DNA of 64,000 nt. Source: a virus. The notes beneath the pieces are model-generated. The model made no database searches. It was not told the DNA's origin and was given only the letters and a program-made list of their open reading frames with translations. Shown one piece after another: positions 23,994-33,534 of the stretch (position 1 is the stretch's first letter; every line of letters begins with the position of its first letter). Both the position numbers and the translations under genes were made by a program. The stretch covers positions 1 through 64,000 of IMG/VR virus record IMGVR_UViG_3300044959_000131; one strand, 5' to 3'.

Positions 23994-24200
23994 ATGAAAG
24001 ACGTCATCGTTCGTTTCGCCGACGAACATCAAGGGAAATCGAAAGAGGAGCTGTCTGCAATCCTGGACAGAGAGATTGAGAAGTTTTCTCAGTACATGTC
24101 GACGATCGGAGATTGGAAAGCCGTAGGTCCGTTAAGCGCACCCGAACGGGCGCTCATAAAGACCTACCTGGTCCAGAAAGTCACCGGCAAAATCGATTGA
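23994..24200 (+). CDS. hypothetical protein
   Basis: GGAGAAGG SD. Confidence 0.65.
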   Translation: MKDVIVRFADEHQGKSKEELSAILDREIEKFSQYMSTIGDWKAVGPLSAPERALIKTYLVQKVTGKID

Positions 24201-24211
24201 GGAGTTCATTG

Positions 24212-24526
24212 ATGGCCAGGCAAGAAGTCGTAATGATCAAGTGCGACCGATGCGGGCGGGAGGAGCTCCAGCCTGCGTCCACTCAAGTAGAGAAACTGGC
24301 TCCAGACTTTGAAAGCCAGTTCAAGGGTAATAGGATATGCTATCAGGATGTCTGCAAGCGGTGCGAGGATACAATCAGCTTGGCACTCCAGAGACTAAAA
24401 GAGTGGGATCGTGACCTGAAGTCGTTGATGGGTCCTATCGTCTCGCCAAACGAGGCACCGCCTGTAACTCCTGCTCCAGACTATAGTCCGCCGAAGCCAC
24501 ATTCGGCAGCTTCTATGAAGCGGTAA
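24212..24526 (+). CDS. Zn-finger hypothetical protein
   Basis: KCDRC...VCKRC; GAGGAG SD before ATG 24212. Confidence 0.7.
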   Translation: MARQEVVMIKCDRCGREELQPASTQVEKLAPDFESQFKGNRICYQDVCKRCEDTISLALQRLKEWDRDLKSLMGPIVSPNEAPPVTPAPDYSPPKPHSAASMKR

Positions 24527-24560
24527 TACCCTTTCCGAGAAGTCCCCCACCGGCAAGGGT

Positions 24561-24598
24561 GAGCCGGCCAGGTTGCAGCCTGGCCGGCTCTTCTTTCT
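24561..24598 (+). terminator. intrinsic terminator
   Basis: GAGCCGGCCAGG-TTGCAG-CCTGGCCGGCTC followed by TTCTTTCT. Confidence 0.85.
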
Positions 24599-24661
24599 AT
24601 AAGGCTAAGAAAACCGACGACTATGGGTCGTCTGGCCATCTACTCTCTTATGCCGAAATAA

Positions 24662-27610
24662 CTACCGAATTGGGCAACCGCCTTTGCACTCGTCCTCGAC
24701 CTGTACGACTTCCTTACGACCTGTATAGGCGTCCCACTCTTCCTTGCTTACCTTCTGGTATGGGGCATTCTTTCGGCTCTTCTCCGGGAAGAACGTTGTT
24801 CCTTTGATGAATGGGATGGCCTCGATGAAGAGCCTCTCCATCTCTTCCTCAGAGGGCATCTTGTCCTCTGGCATGTTGATTGTGAAAGAGATAGCGTTGT
24901 CGGCGTAGCATTCCTGTAACATCATCTGCGTGCCCAAGGAGTCTTCGAGGCTGATCTCATCTTGACTCTCGATGAGTTCGTCTGGGTCGAGACCTTTTGA
25001 TCTGAGAATCTCCATTATCGGATCCTCGCACCAGTACTCGACAATCTCGGTATTATTCGCGTCTTCGTCTTTGTATGTCTTGTATCCCTCAATCTTCTTT
25101 ACCTGGAGCTCTGGGTCCGTATCAGCGTATCTGACGAGCCTCTTGAACCTCTTGTAAATGATGGCTTGCCCACTTGCCGATACACCCGGCATGAGGGAAA
25201 TGGTTCCTGTTGGAGCAAGAGCAGTATTCTTTACCGGAGTCGGAATTCCCAACATCTGAGAGTAACGACGTGCCTCGCTTTCTACGACGTTCTTGAAACG
25301 TCGCAGCTCTTGCTTGACGTTTTCATTCTTCCAGGCAGATGAATACTTTTCTTGGAATCGAAGAGCGAGCCATCCATGGTATCCTAAGAATCCGACTCCG
25401 ATTCTGCGGTTCCTTGATACGACCTCCCGCTGGCGAGGTTGTGGAATGTCGCCGTATGTGGCTCTGATGAGCCATCTTGTCATCAACCTGAATGCTTCCT
25501 CTGCATCAGCTTGAGGTCGGTTCGCGAAATACTGCAGGTTGACGTGTCCCAAGTTGCAGTTGCAAGTCAAGACACCTGCGGCAAGTGTGAACCTCTCGAC
25601 ACCTGGAACCGTCACGCAGTAGACCGGCACCTTCTCTTCAAGAGGTTCGATGGACACCACCTGCCACGCGAGTCCGTCTGTATCGGGGCGGCAGAGAGTG
25701 AAGAACATAAGAGGGTTCTTCCTCTTTCCGTAGTTAGTCTCGGTTGTGCCACTATCTTTCGCGGCCCTGAGAACCCAACCCGCTGCGGCTGCATTCTCCC
25801 TCAACCATGTCTCAGCTTGTGGGTGCGAGGATCCGAGGTGTAGGGTCCCATTTTCCTTTTCAGTGGCGTCTGCCATTCCCCAACCAGTGATGAAGCCCGA
25901 GAGGTAGTCTGAACCTTCAGAACCGTCTGGAAACTCTTTGAGGTTCTTCTCGGACTTCAACCACGCCTCAGGAGCCCCGTCGCACGACTGTGGGTAGGTG
26001 AGATGGTCGAAGAACTTGGCCATCTCTTCAGCTTTGTCTCCAAAGAGGCGAATGCGGTGACGCCACGCACCGTCGGCATACTGCCTATCTGCAGAGCCGT
26101 CTCCGAAGATGATGCCGTGTTGAACTCCTTTCTTATAGTCCTCGTTCTTTTCGAACGGGGCAGCGCTCATTGGGATGACGTCACCAACATGGAGAGAGTC
26201 TGTGACAGTACCGTCGATCCTCTCCCAGCGATGATTTGGGGTCACAACGATGTCGACGCGATAGTTGCTCCTCGTTTTCTGATAGCCCTCAGAACCGGTG
26301 TTCCGACGTACTGGGGCGAGTACGACGCGCTGAACGATTTGCTCACCGAATTGCCTGACGACACCAGGCTTCCAGCCCTGCGGTGTTGGTACGGTTACTG
26401 TCTGCCCAACTACGTCGATGAAGCGAACAGCTCCGTACTCTTTCGTTATGAATTTAACGTCACCAGCAAAGCAATTTTCCCACATCTGCAATCCGATTTC
26501 ACCGCACGGATTTGGGCAGAACATCTTCTCTGGCTCTCGCTCCCCTTTCATTGCGAGGCTTCGATTCCAGAGTCCTGGCTCTCCATTCAATCTCTTACCA
26601 AGGATGACTGCTCGAGCCACTTCCTTGGCATGTTTGTCTCCAATCTTGTAGGCCTCGATGAACTCGTCATCGACTTCAACAGAGATGTTCGTACTCCAAT
26701 GCAGTCCATCTGTTCTCTTGCAGTTAATGAACTCGAAGATGTCACTGTCCTTCCAGTTCTTGACAGACATCCTAGACGAACGACGCTTTCCACCTGAAAT
26801 GACACAAGAGGCGAGAATATGGTCCATCATCATTGCGTCGAGAGATGTCAGTCTACGTCCGTGGCAAGAGTTTAACTGCTTGCATACGTCGTGAAGCATC
26901 AAGACGAGAGGACCTGGTCCGCACGAGATTCCGCCAGAAGTTTTTAGAGGAAGGCCACGTGCTCTGATCTTCGACACGTCTATGACGAGCGTGGCCTCCT
27001 CACCTGACGATCGGTCCCATGCGGTCTTGAGCAAGAAATCGATCGCTTCGCACCATCCTTCTCGACTGTCTTCAACGACAAGTCTACTTGCCCTAGAGAG
27101 ACCGTTGTGGTCTGAGATCAGATGGAAGAAGTCCGAGTAGTTTGGGTGGTCTTTTCGGCAGGTGATGTGGAGATCAATTCGGCGGGCGATTGGAGGTAGC
27201 TGCTCCAGATAACGATTCGAGTAGTTCGAACCAACACCTCCTCCCTGCATCAGTTCATCAAATAGGAAAGTGAAGTGGTCTTCCGGCCTCTCTGGATCCC
27301 AGCCCGATGCGTTGCAGTTGAACAGGAACTGACGACCTTTCACACCTGAGGCGTAGAGATGGCGGCCTGCTGGGATAATCCCAAACTCCAGCATCAAGTT
27401 AATTAGCTTCCCTCGTTCATCCGGTTCGATGAAGGAGGAATCTACGAGTGATAGGTTTCCATCGACGGCCCTGATGACAGTTTCTTGATAAGTCTCGTTC
27501 TCGCCGTTCGATTTAGTCCGACTGTAGGAGCGTTTGTATACCTGTTCTCCGATAGGTCCCCACTTCACTCTGTAGTTCTTGATGTTCTCTGGGATTTTGC
27601 TTTCGATCAT
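24662..27610 (-). CDS. nrdJ: class II (AdoCbl-dependent) ribonucleotide reductase, RTPR/NrdJ type, intein-containing
   Basis: PAGR, FNC, NPCGEI, CNL (after the intein), APTGTIS, C-terminal CKGGCPIR redox pair. Confidence 0.92.
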   Translation of the reverse strand: MIESKIPENIKNYRVKWGPIGEQVYKRSYSRTKSNGENETYQETVIRAVDGNLSLVDSSFIEPDERGKLINLMLEFGIIPAGRHLYASGVKGRQFLFNCNASGWDPERPEDHFTFLFDELMQGGGVGSNYSNRYLEQLPPIARRIDLHITCRKDHPNYSDFFHLISDHNGLSRASRLVVEDSREGWCEAIDFLLKTAWDRSSGEEATLVIDVSKIRARGLPLKTSGGISCGPGPLVLMLHDVCKQLNSCHGRRLTSLDAMMMDHILASCVISGGKRRSSRMSVKNWKDSDIFEFINCKRTDGLHWSTNISVEVDDEFIEAYKIGDKHAKEVARAVILGKRLNGEPGLWNRSLAMKGEREPEKMFCPNPCGEIGLQMWENCFAGDVKFITKEYGAVRFIDVVGQTVTVPTPQGWKPGVVRQFGEQIVQRVVLAPVRRNTGSEGYQKTRSNYRVDIVVTPNHRWERIDGTVTDSLHVGDVIPMSAAPFEKNEDYKKGVQHGIIFGDGSADRQYADGAWRHRIRLFGDKAEEMAKFFDHLTYPQSCDGAPEAWLKSEKNLKEFPDGSEGSDYLSGFITGWGMADATEKENGTLHLGSSHPQAETWLRENAAAAGWVLRAAKDSGTTETNYGKRKNPLMFFTLCRPDTDGLAWQVVSIEPLEEKVPVYCVTVPGVERFTLAAGVLTCNCNLGHVNLQYFANRPQADAEEAFRLMTRWLIRATYGDIPQPRQREVVSRNRRIGVGFLGYHGWLALRFQEKYSSAWKNENVKQELRRFKNVVESEARRYSQMLGIPTPVKNTALAPTGTISLMPGVSASGQAIIYKRFKRLVRYADTDPELQVKKIEGYKTYKDEDANNTEIVEYWCEDPIMEILRSKGLDPDELIESQDEISLEDSLGTQMMLQECYADNAISFTINMPEDKMPSEEEMERLFIEAIPFIKGTTFFPEKSRKNAPYQKVSKEEWDAYTGRKEVVQVEDECKGGCPIR
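25559..26473 (-). mobile_element. intein (305 aa) with LAGLIDADG-type homing endonuclease in nrdJ
   Basis: WEN|CFAGD...VTPNHRW...GIIFGDGS...GFITGWGMAD...VYCVTVP...GVLTCN|CNL. Confidence 0.92.
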
Positions 27611-27810
27611 TTGCGGCTCCTTGAGAAAAGAGGACCCCCCAGCCGTGTGTTGGTCACACGTTGTCGGAGAGTCCTATGTGGGTGAGTTGACTAAGACCAG
27701 GAGGAACCTGGATTTGTCGAACGGCACGATGAAGTCCCCATTCACCAGTCACGCCTTGCAGAGCGTGGCCGTTCGAGACTTATACGACCGACCCTAGAAG
27801 CTTGGCAACA
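27611..27810 (-). promoter_or_regulatory. structured 5' leader of nrdJ: promoter, three-way junction, terminator-like hairpin, SD
   Basis: TTGCCA-18-TATAAG; P1 27768-27776/27717-27725; hairpin 27632-27674 plus CTTTTCT; AAGGAG. Confidence 0.55.
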
Positions 27811-27863
27811 GAATCGTGATTCCCTTACTGTTTCTGAGGGTTACGCGAATGAAGTCCATAGAG

Positions 27864-27912
27864 CAAGGGAAGCTGTCAGATGGCTAAGTCCGCCACCTGA
27901 CAGCTTCCCTTG
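27864..27912. terminator. long hairpin (16 bp + 4 bp) downstream of 27922-28350
   Basis: CAAGGGAAGCTGTCAG...CTGACAGCTTCCCTTG; no U-tract. Confidence 0.55.
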
Positions 27913-27921
27913 TACCGTCAT

Positions 27922-28350
27922 CTACGCAGTTTTTGACGAGATGGCCTCCATGAACAGTTCATCGTTGAATCGGGCTTCGCTTATCTCGATGAACCGATTG
28001 AAGTTCACCGGTACGACAGCCTCTCCCGATTCGACGGACTCGATCGCCTTCGAGAGAAAGAAGGCTTCCTCGTCCGTCAGAATGAGCTTCTTGCCCCTCA
28101 AAAACTGCAACCGTGGGTGAGAATAGTCGTCTGAGAATTCGATGAGGTGGAAAGTTTGGTTGCCAATCGACATTTCTTCGATGTTTCTAACTATGTCGAA
28201 TCCTAGACGAGCAATTCTTCGAAGATTCTCGTTTTCGCTCTTCTCTTTCAGCAGAAGAGCTCCAGTAGACAGGCTCAAGACCTTCGGGGTCTGACGAACT
28301 ACCCAAGAGGCCGCGTACATGAATCCAAGAGCCATCAAACCTGCTACCAT
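27922..28350 (-). CDS. hypothetical protein with N-terminal hydrophobic helix
   Basis: GGAGG SD; MVAGLMALGFMYAASWVV. Confidence 0.7.
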   Translation of the reverse strand: MVAGLMALGFMYAASWVVRQTPKVLSLSTGALLLKEKSENENLRRIARLGFDIVRNIEEMSIGNQTFHLIEFSDDYSHPRLQFLRGKKLILTDEEAFFLSKAIESVESGEAVVPVNFNRFIEISEARFNDELFMEAISSKTA

Positions 28351-28374
28351 TTATTTTCCTCCTCCAGTAAAGTG

Positions 28375-28403
28375 TGGGAGCTCAGCTCCCATATACTTAT
28401 ACC
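28375..28403 (-). promoter_or_regulatory. candidate phage promoter GGTATAAGTA followed by 8-bp-arm palindrome
   Basis: TACTTATACC 28394-28403; TGGGAGCT-C-AGCTCCCA 28375-28391. Confidence 0.5.
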
Positions 28404-28472
28404 CTGAATTGTCGTTGGATTTGCTATAGGTTCGTCATACCCATCACTCGTACTCCCACAAACTAGTACAGC

Positions 28473-31400
28473 ATGGCGAACAGCTACGAAATCGCCCAAA
28501 TGTTTGCCCAACAGAACGAAATGTTCATGGGGCAAAATCAGTTTGCTCAATCAATCGGCATCCCGACTACATCTGCATTCAATCAAGTCGGAATGGGTGG
28601 TCAGGGACTCGGATACATGGGATTTTTGACTCCGAGAGGGCCGGGAGGGGGATTCAATTGGGGTCAGCCTGGGATTATGGGCTACGGGCCAGGTAATACA
28701 ATTTCATCTGGTCTCATTTCTGGAGCTGGCGCTGCATTCACTGGCGGCACAATGGCTCTTGGTGCCGCAAGCATGTTCGGCATGCTTGGGAAGGCCGGAG
28801 CTATCATGGACCCGCTCGCATGGGGCGTGACAGCATTTCGGGCGATGGGTGGAGGTCTCGCAGGTGGTATCGCAGCCGCAGGTTCGGCGGCGATACCAAT
28901 TGCCGCAGGTTTGGTCATCGAGCACGGAGTCAAATCATTCGTAACCGGTGCCCAGCAACAAGCAATGATGAACACGATGCTGGGAAGCCAGTATCAGTTC
29001 TTCAATCCACTCTCGCGCACAGGTTCTGGATTTACGAGAGACGACGCCAAGTCCATTGGCGACATGATACGTCATCTGTCTCATGTACCAGAATTGATGA
29101 CGTCATACGAAGAGCTTACCAGGTTGGCAGGCAAGCTCAAATTTTCAGGCGTCATGCAGGGAGTAAGAAGCGCCGCTGAATTCCAGTCGAGATTCCGTGA
29201 GGCAATAATAACTATCCGCGAGACGGCCAAGATTCTTGGCACCACGATGGAAGAGGCGGAGCAGTTCTTTACGCAGAGCCGTGGTGCAGGTTTCTATGGG
29301 AGGAGCGCCCAGCTCAGGAACATCATGGCCGTTCAATTCACCTCTGGTTTGACCGGAGCAACAATCGGCCAGGTTGTAGCTCTTCAACAAGCCGGAGCAG
29401 ACATGGCGATGCAGATTGGTGCTCGCCGTGGATTAGGAGCAACAGCGGTTACAAACATCGCCCAGAACATAGCCCTGGCTCAACGAGAAGGCCGTCTTAG
29501 GGAGGGAGCAGTAGAAGACGTAACCGGTCTTCAAGGGCCGGAGGCACAACTCGCCCTGGCTCAGCGAATGTTCCAGGCAATGGTGCGATTTGGACAGATG
29601 GCACCTGGACGTCTGTTGATGGCTGGCATGATGAAGTACGAAGGAGGTCGGGCTGTCGGTGTCGATGAAGAACTAGCAAGAAGATTCAGCCAGGGCCTTA
29701 TCTCCGTAGAGGAGCTCAAGGAGAGGGCGAGTCGCCTAACAAATGATCAGAAGATCTCATTCACTGCACGACAGGCTGACCTCATCGCTTCTCTTGCTGG
29801 TCAAATCGGTCCAGGGGCTGCCTACAGAATGATGAGGAGTGTACTTGGTGAGGGTCGTAGCGAAGATGCCACCAATCTCATCATGCAGCGCCTTACCGGA
29901 CTGAGCGCTGGCGAAATAGACATCGCCCAAGGTATGGCTGGTATATCTGGAGACAGTGAGCAAGCACTATTTGCTCGTATCCGACAGCGTCAAGCCGAGC
30001 TCCGTGAAAGAGCGAGCCCATCAGCCATAATCAAAAGGATCAAAACACGTCTTCACGCAGCCACGTTTGGGAAGCTCGAGCAGCTTGGCGCGGAAGTGCA
30101 GCACTCAATTGCCAAGAGCGTTGACCAGTTCTTCGACGATCTCGTAGGTAGAGAAGTGTCGATGCTTACAGAGGATCGCGCAAAGGCAATCGCACAAGCC
30201 TTTGCCGGAAGCCAATCTGCCGAGGCTCGGGAGATGCTCAAGAGCCTCACTAAAATTGACACTCAAGGACTCGCAACGGTTAACCGTAGCAGAGGATTTT
30301 TGAAGACTGATAGAATCTCTGCACGGAGGTTTGCTACAGTTCTAGGGACTGGTGGACTGGCGCTTCCGTACTACGCCTTCAAGGATGCCTTGGAAGACAT
30401 TGGTTCGTTGGGAGGGCCAGAGTCTGGAATCGCACGTTTTATCGCCGGTCTCGGTGGCAAAATGACCGAAGGCCAGGTGAGGGAATTCGCAAATAAGGTG
30501 TTCGGTACATCTGACATCGCAAAACAAGTAGAGATTGCAAGGCAGCTTGCTTCTGGAGGCATCGCTGGAACTGGTGCTCAAGGTGCGATCCTTGAGATCA
30601 TGGGGGAGAAGGAATTTGACACCAAGACTAAAGCTGAACAGATGCAGTTAGTAATTGAGGGCCTTCGTACAAGAGTCCAAGACGTGGCCAGAAAGCTTGG
30701 ATTACCAGTGGATCCATCCTCGCTTGAGAAGATATCAGAGGAATCTCTTACCAACATACTTAATCAATCAAAGCTCTCTGAGAAGGAGAAGAGACTATTC
30801 AGATCATTCATCGGCGCCGCGAAGCATAGGGTTGGAGATATGGATGTATTTGCCCAGATGGCAGCGGCATCTGGATTTGGCGCGGACTTCGCTGAGATTG
30901 TAGGAGGAACTGGCAGTATAGCTGGTGACAGGGCATTTCTCCAGAACAAGCTAAAAGAGCTTGAGGGCAATAAAGAAAACAAGGCTAGTCTACTAGGTCT
31001 TATAGGTGCGACAGCTACAGAGTACCTGAAATCAAAAGGGTCGAGGGGAAGACAACTCTTGTTGGAGGTTATTAAAGATGAAGATCTTCGACTTGCATTG
31101 AAGCGTGGAAACATGAGTAACGTAATACAGAACCTTGCCACAAAGGGAATCGCGGTATCGGAAAAGGATCTGCTGGAGCTGTCTGGAATAGTCAAAAGCG
31201 AAGATTTTAACTTACGTAGCGACAAAGATGTCGCAACAGCCACAAAGCTAGTAACGGAGTACGAAACGTCTGCCAAACAGCTAGCAGGTCTACAGAGTCG
31301 AGAATTGTTATCTGAATCAGGCTCCAAGTTGTTGGCCGCTACTGATAAGGCAGGAAGAGCAGGAGAGGCGCAGAGGCGACTTGCGAAAGTACTCATCGAC

Positions 31401-31976
31401 ATTGGACAAGGAGGAATCTCAGACCAAAAACAAGAAGAGCTACGAGCTGCGATGAAGGAATACTCGGAGGTACTCGGCGGCCTGAAAGGAGATGAACTTG
31501 ATAGGGCGTTGAGAGCCGGAGGTTTCGCTGCTGAACAAGCTCTGGGAGCTTCAAAGAAAAGAAAGGATCTAGCAGGACGTTTCTTCAAGAACGTGAAAGA
31601 GGCGGCTGCCGCACTTGGTGTTTCTGAAGAAGACCTGGCATTGGCCGGTTTCCAGTCTGGCAAACTCACCAAAGAGCAACTCGATAGATTCGTGTTAATG
31701 GGGGCCACCTCTCGTATGTTGGTCGGGTCAATGGGAGGCGCGCCGGATGGGAAGCCTCAGTCAGAGACGAATAAACTGGTCGAAGCAATCAACACACTCA
31801 ACAATAACCAACGTGGCATCGCGACCCTTCTTGCCACACTCTCCAATGATCCAGACATCAAGAAGCAGCTTGCAACTGTTCTGGCCGGAATGAATGAGAC
31901 TGGAAATGCAGGACCGGCAGGCAACACACAGCTTCCAGGCGAACAAGGACAGCCGAAACAAGGACGGCCGAGATGA
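28473..31976 (+). CDS. tape-measure-like protein
   Basis: 1167 aa, Gly/Ala-rich, hydrophobic N-terminal segment, long helical body; precedes hub-like and baseplate genes. Confidence 0.55.
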   Translation: MANSYEIAQMFAQQNEMFMGQNQFAQSIGIPTTSAFNQVGMGGQGLGYMGFLTPRGPGGGFNWGQPGIMGYGPGNTISSGLISGAGAAFTGGTMALGAASMFGMLGKAGAIMDPLAWGVTAFRAMGGGLAGGIAAAGSAAIPIAAGLVIEHGVKSFVTGAQQQAMMNTMLGSQYQFFNPLSRTGSGFTRDDAKSIGDMIRHLSHVPELMTSYEELTRLAGKLKFSGVMQGVRSAAEFQSRFREAIITIRETAKILGTTMEEAEQFFTQSRGAGFYGRSAQLRNIMAVQFTSGLTGATIGQVVALQQAGADMAMQIGARRGLGATAVTNIAQNIALAQREGRLREGAVEDVTGLQGPEAQLALAQRMFQAMVRFGQMAPGRLLMAGMMKYEGGRAVGVDEELARRFSQGLISVEELKERASRLTNDQKISFTARQADLIASLAGQIGPGAAYRMMRSVLGEGRSEDATNLIMQRLTGLSAGEIDIAQGMAGISGDSEQALFARIRQRQAELRERASPSAIIKRIKTRLHAATFGKLEQLGAEVQHSIAKSVDQFFDDLVGREVSMLTEDRAKAIAQAFAGSQSAEAREMLKSLTKIDTQGLATVNRSRGFLKTDRISARRFATVLGTGGLALPYYAFKDALEDIGSLGGPESGIARFIAGLGGKMTEGQVREFANKVFGTSDIAKQVEIARQLASGGIAGTGAQGAILEIMGEKEFDTKTKAEQMQLVIEGLRTRVQDVARKLGLPVDPSSLEKISEESLTNILNQSKLSEKEKRLFRSFIGAAKHRVGDMDVFAQMAAASGFGADFAEIVGGTGSIAGDRAFLQNKLKELEGNKENKASLLGLIGATATEYLKSKGSRGRQLLLEVIKDEDLRLALKRGNMSNVIQNLATKGIAVSEKDLLELSGIVKSEDFNLRSDKDVATATKLVTEYETSAKQLAGLQSRELLSESGSKLLAATDKAGRAGEAQRRLAKVLIDIGQGGISDQKQEELRAAMKEYSEVLGGLKGDELDRALRAGGFAAEQALGASKKRKDLAGRFFKNVKEAAAALGVSEEDLALAGFQSGKLTKEQLDRFVLMGATSRMLVGSMGGAPDGKPQSETNKLVEAINTLNNNQRGIATLLATLSNDPDIKKQLATVLAGMNETGNAGPAGNTQLPGEQGQPKQGRPR

Positions 31977-32182
31977 GTTTTAGAAACGAAGTTGAGCAGA
32001 GATTCATCGTCGATGGTAGACCTGTCATCATCAAACTCATCAACAACCCGACCATCGACGACATCGTTGTTACCGAGGCCCGTGTCTACGCAACGTCCAT
32101 CGAACGTGGGAACGTAGACACGAATCGTCGTGTATCAAGAGGCTTGAGAGATTTCCTCATCCGACTTGGAGTCGAAAGATGA
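31973..32182 (+). CDS. hypothetical protein
   Basis: ATGA overlaps on both sides. Confidence 0.65.
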   Translation: MSFRNEVEQRFIVDGRPVIIKLINNPTIDDIVVTEARVYATSIERGNVDTNRRVSRGLRDFLIRLGVER

Positions 32183-33522
32183 TCGCCATCTCCGTCATTG
32201 AGGACCGCTTCAGTGCAATTCAGAAAGACAAGTCGTTTTTCGAAGACATCTTCAATTGGTCGAAGAGTGCAGAAAGGACCGTACGTCGGCCGGTTCGTGG
32301 AATCACATTGAAGGAAGACTCTTTTGCGACTCTTCGTGTCGTAACAGGTGGTAAAAAACACATCCTTCTTACAGATGCTGGAGGGAAGGAGGGCAGTCAA
32401 GATCACCGTCAGACTCAGATCTACTCCAACTTCCTACTACAGCAAGTTAGCGAAGAGAGAATGGAGAAACAGCAAATTCTCGAGACATTCGGTGAGCCGT
32501 ACATCTTCCTCTTTGGCGAAAGAGCAAGGGTCATGACGTTTGCCGGTGTTCTGCTGAACACCTTCGATTTCAATTGGGAGGCGGAGTGGTGGGAAAACTA
32601 CGAAAAGTACCTTCGAGGAACGAGATGTATAGAGAATGACGCAAGAGTCTTCCTGTCATTCGACCAGACACTCGTCAGTGGATACATCATCGGTGCCAGC
32701 TCATCGAAGAATACGCAGGAACCGAATCACGTGAACTTCCAGTTCACGATGTTTCTTACTGGATACACGAACTTTTCAGAAATCGGAAATGGAACGGCTG
32801 TTCCTCTTCGATCTCGTGAGAGGGCTAAAAAGATCAACGGCCTACGTACTGACAAGGCACGAGAAATCGTCGATGCCGAATTCGCCGTACAGGGACCGAA
32901 AGAGCTACAATCTGGACAAGTCATTACCGGACGAGTCGTTGATGGGAAGGTCCAGCCACAATCACTTGTGGAGGGTTTGACGGCTGGTATTTCTACTGTC
33001 GTTAATACATGGAACCGAGCTCAAGAACTTGTTAATAGTGTGGCACGACAACTCTCAAACGTAGCAAAGGGGGACATCTTACGTGTTCCATTTGGTTTTG
33101 CCGGAGTCATGGCGTATGACGCTGTTGACATTGTGAGAGATCCAATCGTCACATCTTACGGCGTCGTAAAGTACGGAGAGTTCAACGAGAACACGGACGA
33201 ATACATCGGGTCCTCATCCCACTATGGGAGCTCGACAATTACCAACCTCCTATCGTCCGATCAGATCCTACAATCAGCGACGAGAAATCAGGAGCTCGTG
33301 AACAGGGCAAAAGAGGCTTGGGAATCGGCTGGATTCAAGATGCCATCAGATGCGGAGGCTGAAGTTGCGAGCTTCATCATCAGAAACGGAGTTGGACTCA
33401 TACCAGTTGGAAACACGGCTGTATGGCAAGCGGCTGAGTTAGCGAACACCGGGCTCTCAGTTCTGAACGTGACACCTCAAACGGCGGCACGAGCTGTTTC
33501 ACCAGTTCCAATTCCTGGATAA
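32179..33522 (+). CDS. putative tail/baseplate structural protein (tube-initiator-like)
   Basis: 447 aa; EKQQILETFGEPYIFLFGERARVMTFAGVL; position after the tape-measure-like gene. Confidence 0.45.
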   Translation: MIAISVIEDRFSAIQKDKSFFEDIFNWSKSAERTVRRPVRGITLKEDSFATLRVVTGGKKHILLTDAGGKEGSQDHRQTQIYSNFLLQQVSEERMEKQQILETFGEPYIFLFGERARVMTFAGVLLNTFDFNWEAEWWENYEKYLRGTRCIENDARVFLSFDQTLVSGYIIGASSSKNTQEPNHVNFQFTMFLTGYTNFSEIGNGTAVPLRSRERAKKINGLRTDKAREIVDAEFAVQGPKELQSGQVITGRVVDGKVQPQSLVEGLTAGISTVVNTWNRAQELVNSVARQLSNVAKGDILRVPFGFAGVMAYDAVDIVRDPIVTSYGVVKYGEFNENTDEYIGSSSHYGSSTITNLLSSDQILQSATRNQELVNRAKEAWESAGFKMPSDAEAEVASFIIRNGVGLIPVGNTAVWQAAELANTGLSVLNVTPQTAARAVSPVPIPG

Positions 33523-33534
33523 GGAGTCGATGAC

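Noticed and set aside
23880-24032. Listed N-terminal extension of the DNA ligase
   Set aside because: It runs through the divergent intergenic region and into 23994-24200; TTG 23879 with GGAG is more plausible.
27611-27810. Calling the nrdJ leader a cobalamin or purine riboswitch
   Set aside because: The conserved cores (B12 box; purine J2/3 and loop-loop GG/CC) were not recognisable.
28344-28550. - strand 68-aa ORF
   Set aside because: It overlaps the tape-measure-like start and covers the promoter/palindrome region; no SD or motif.
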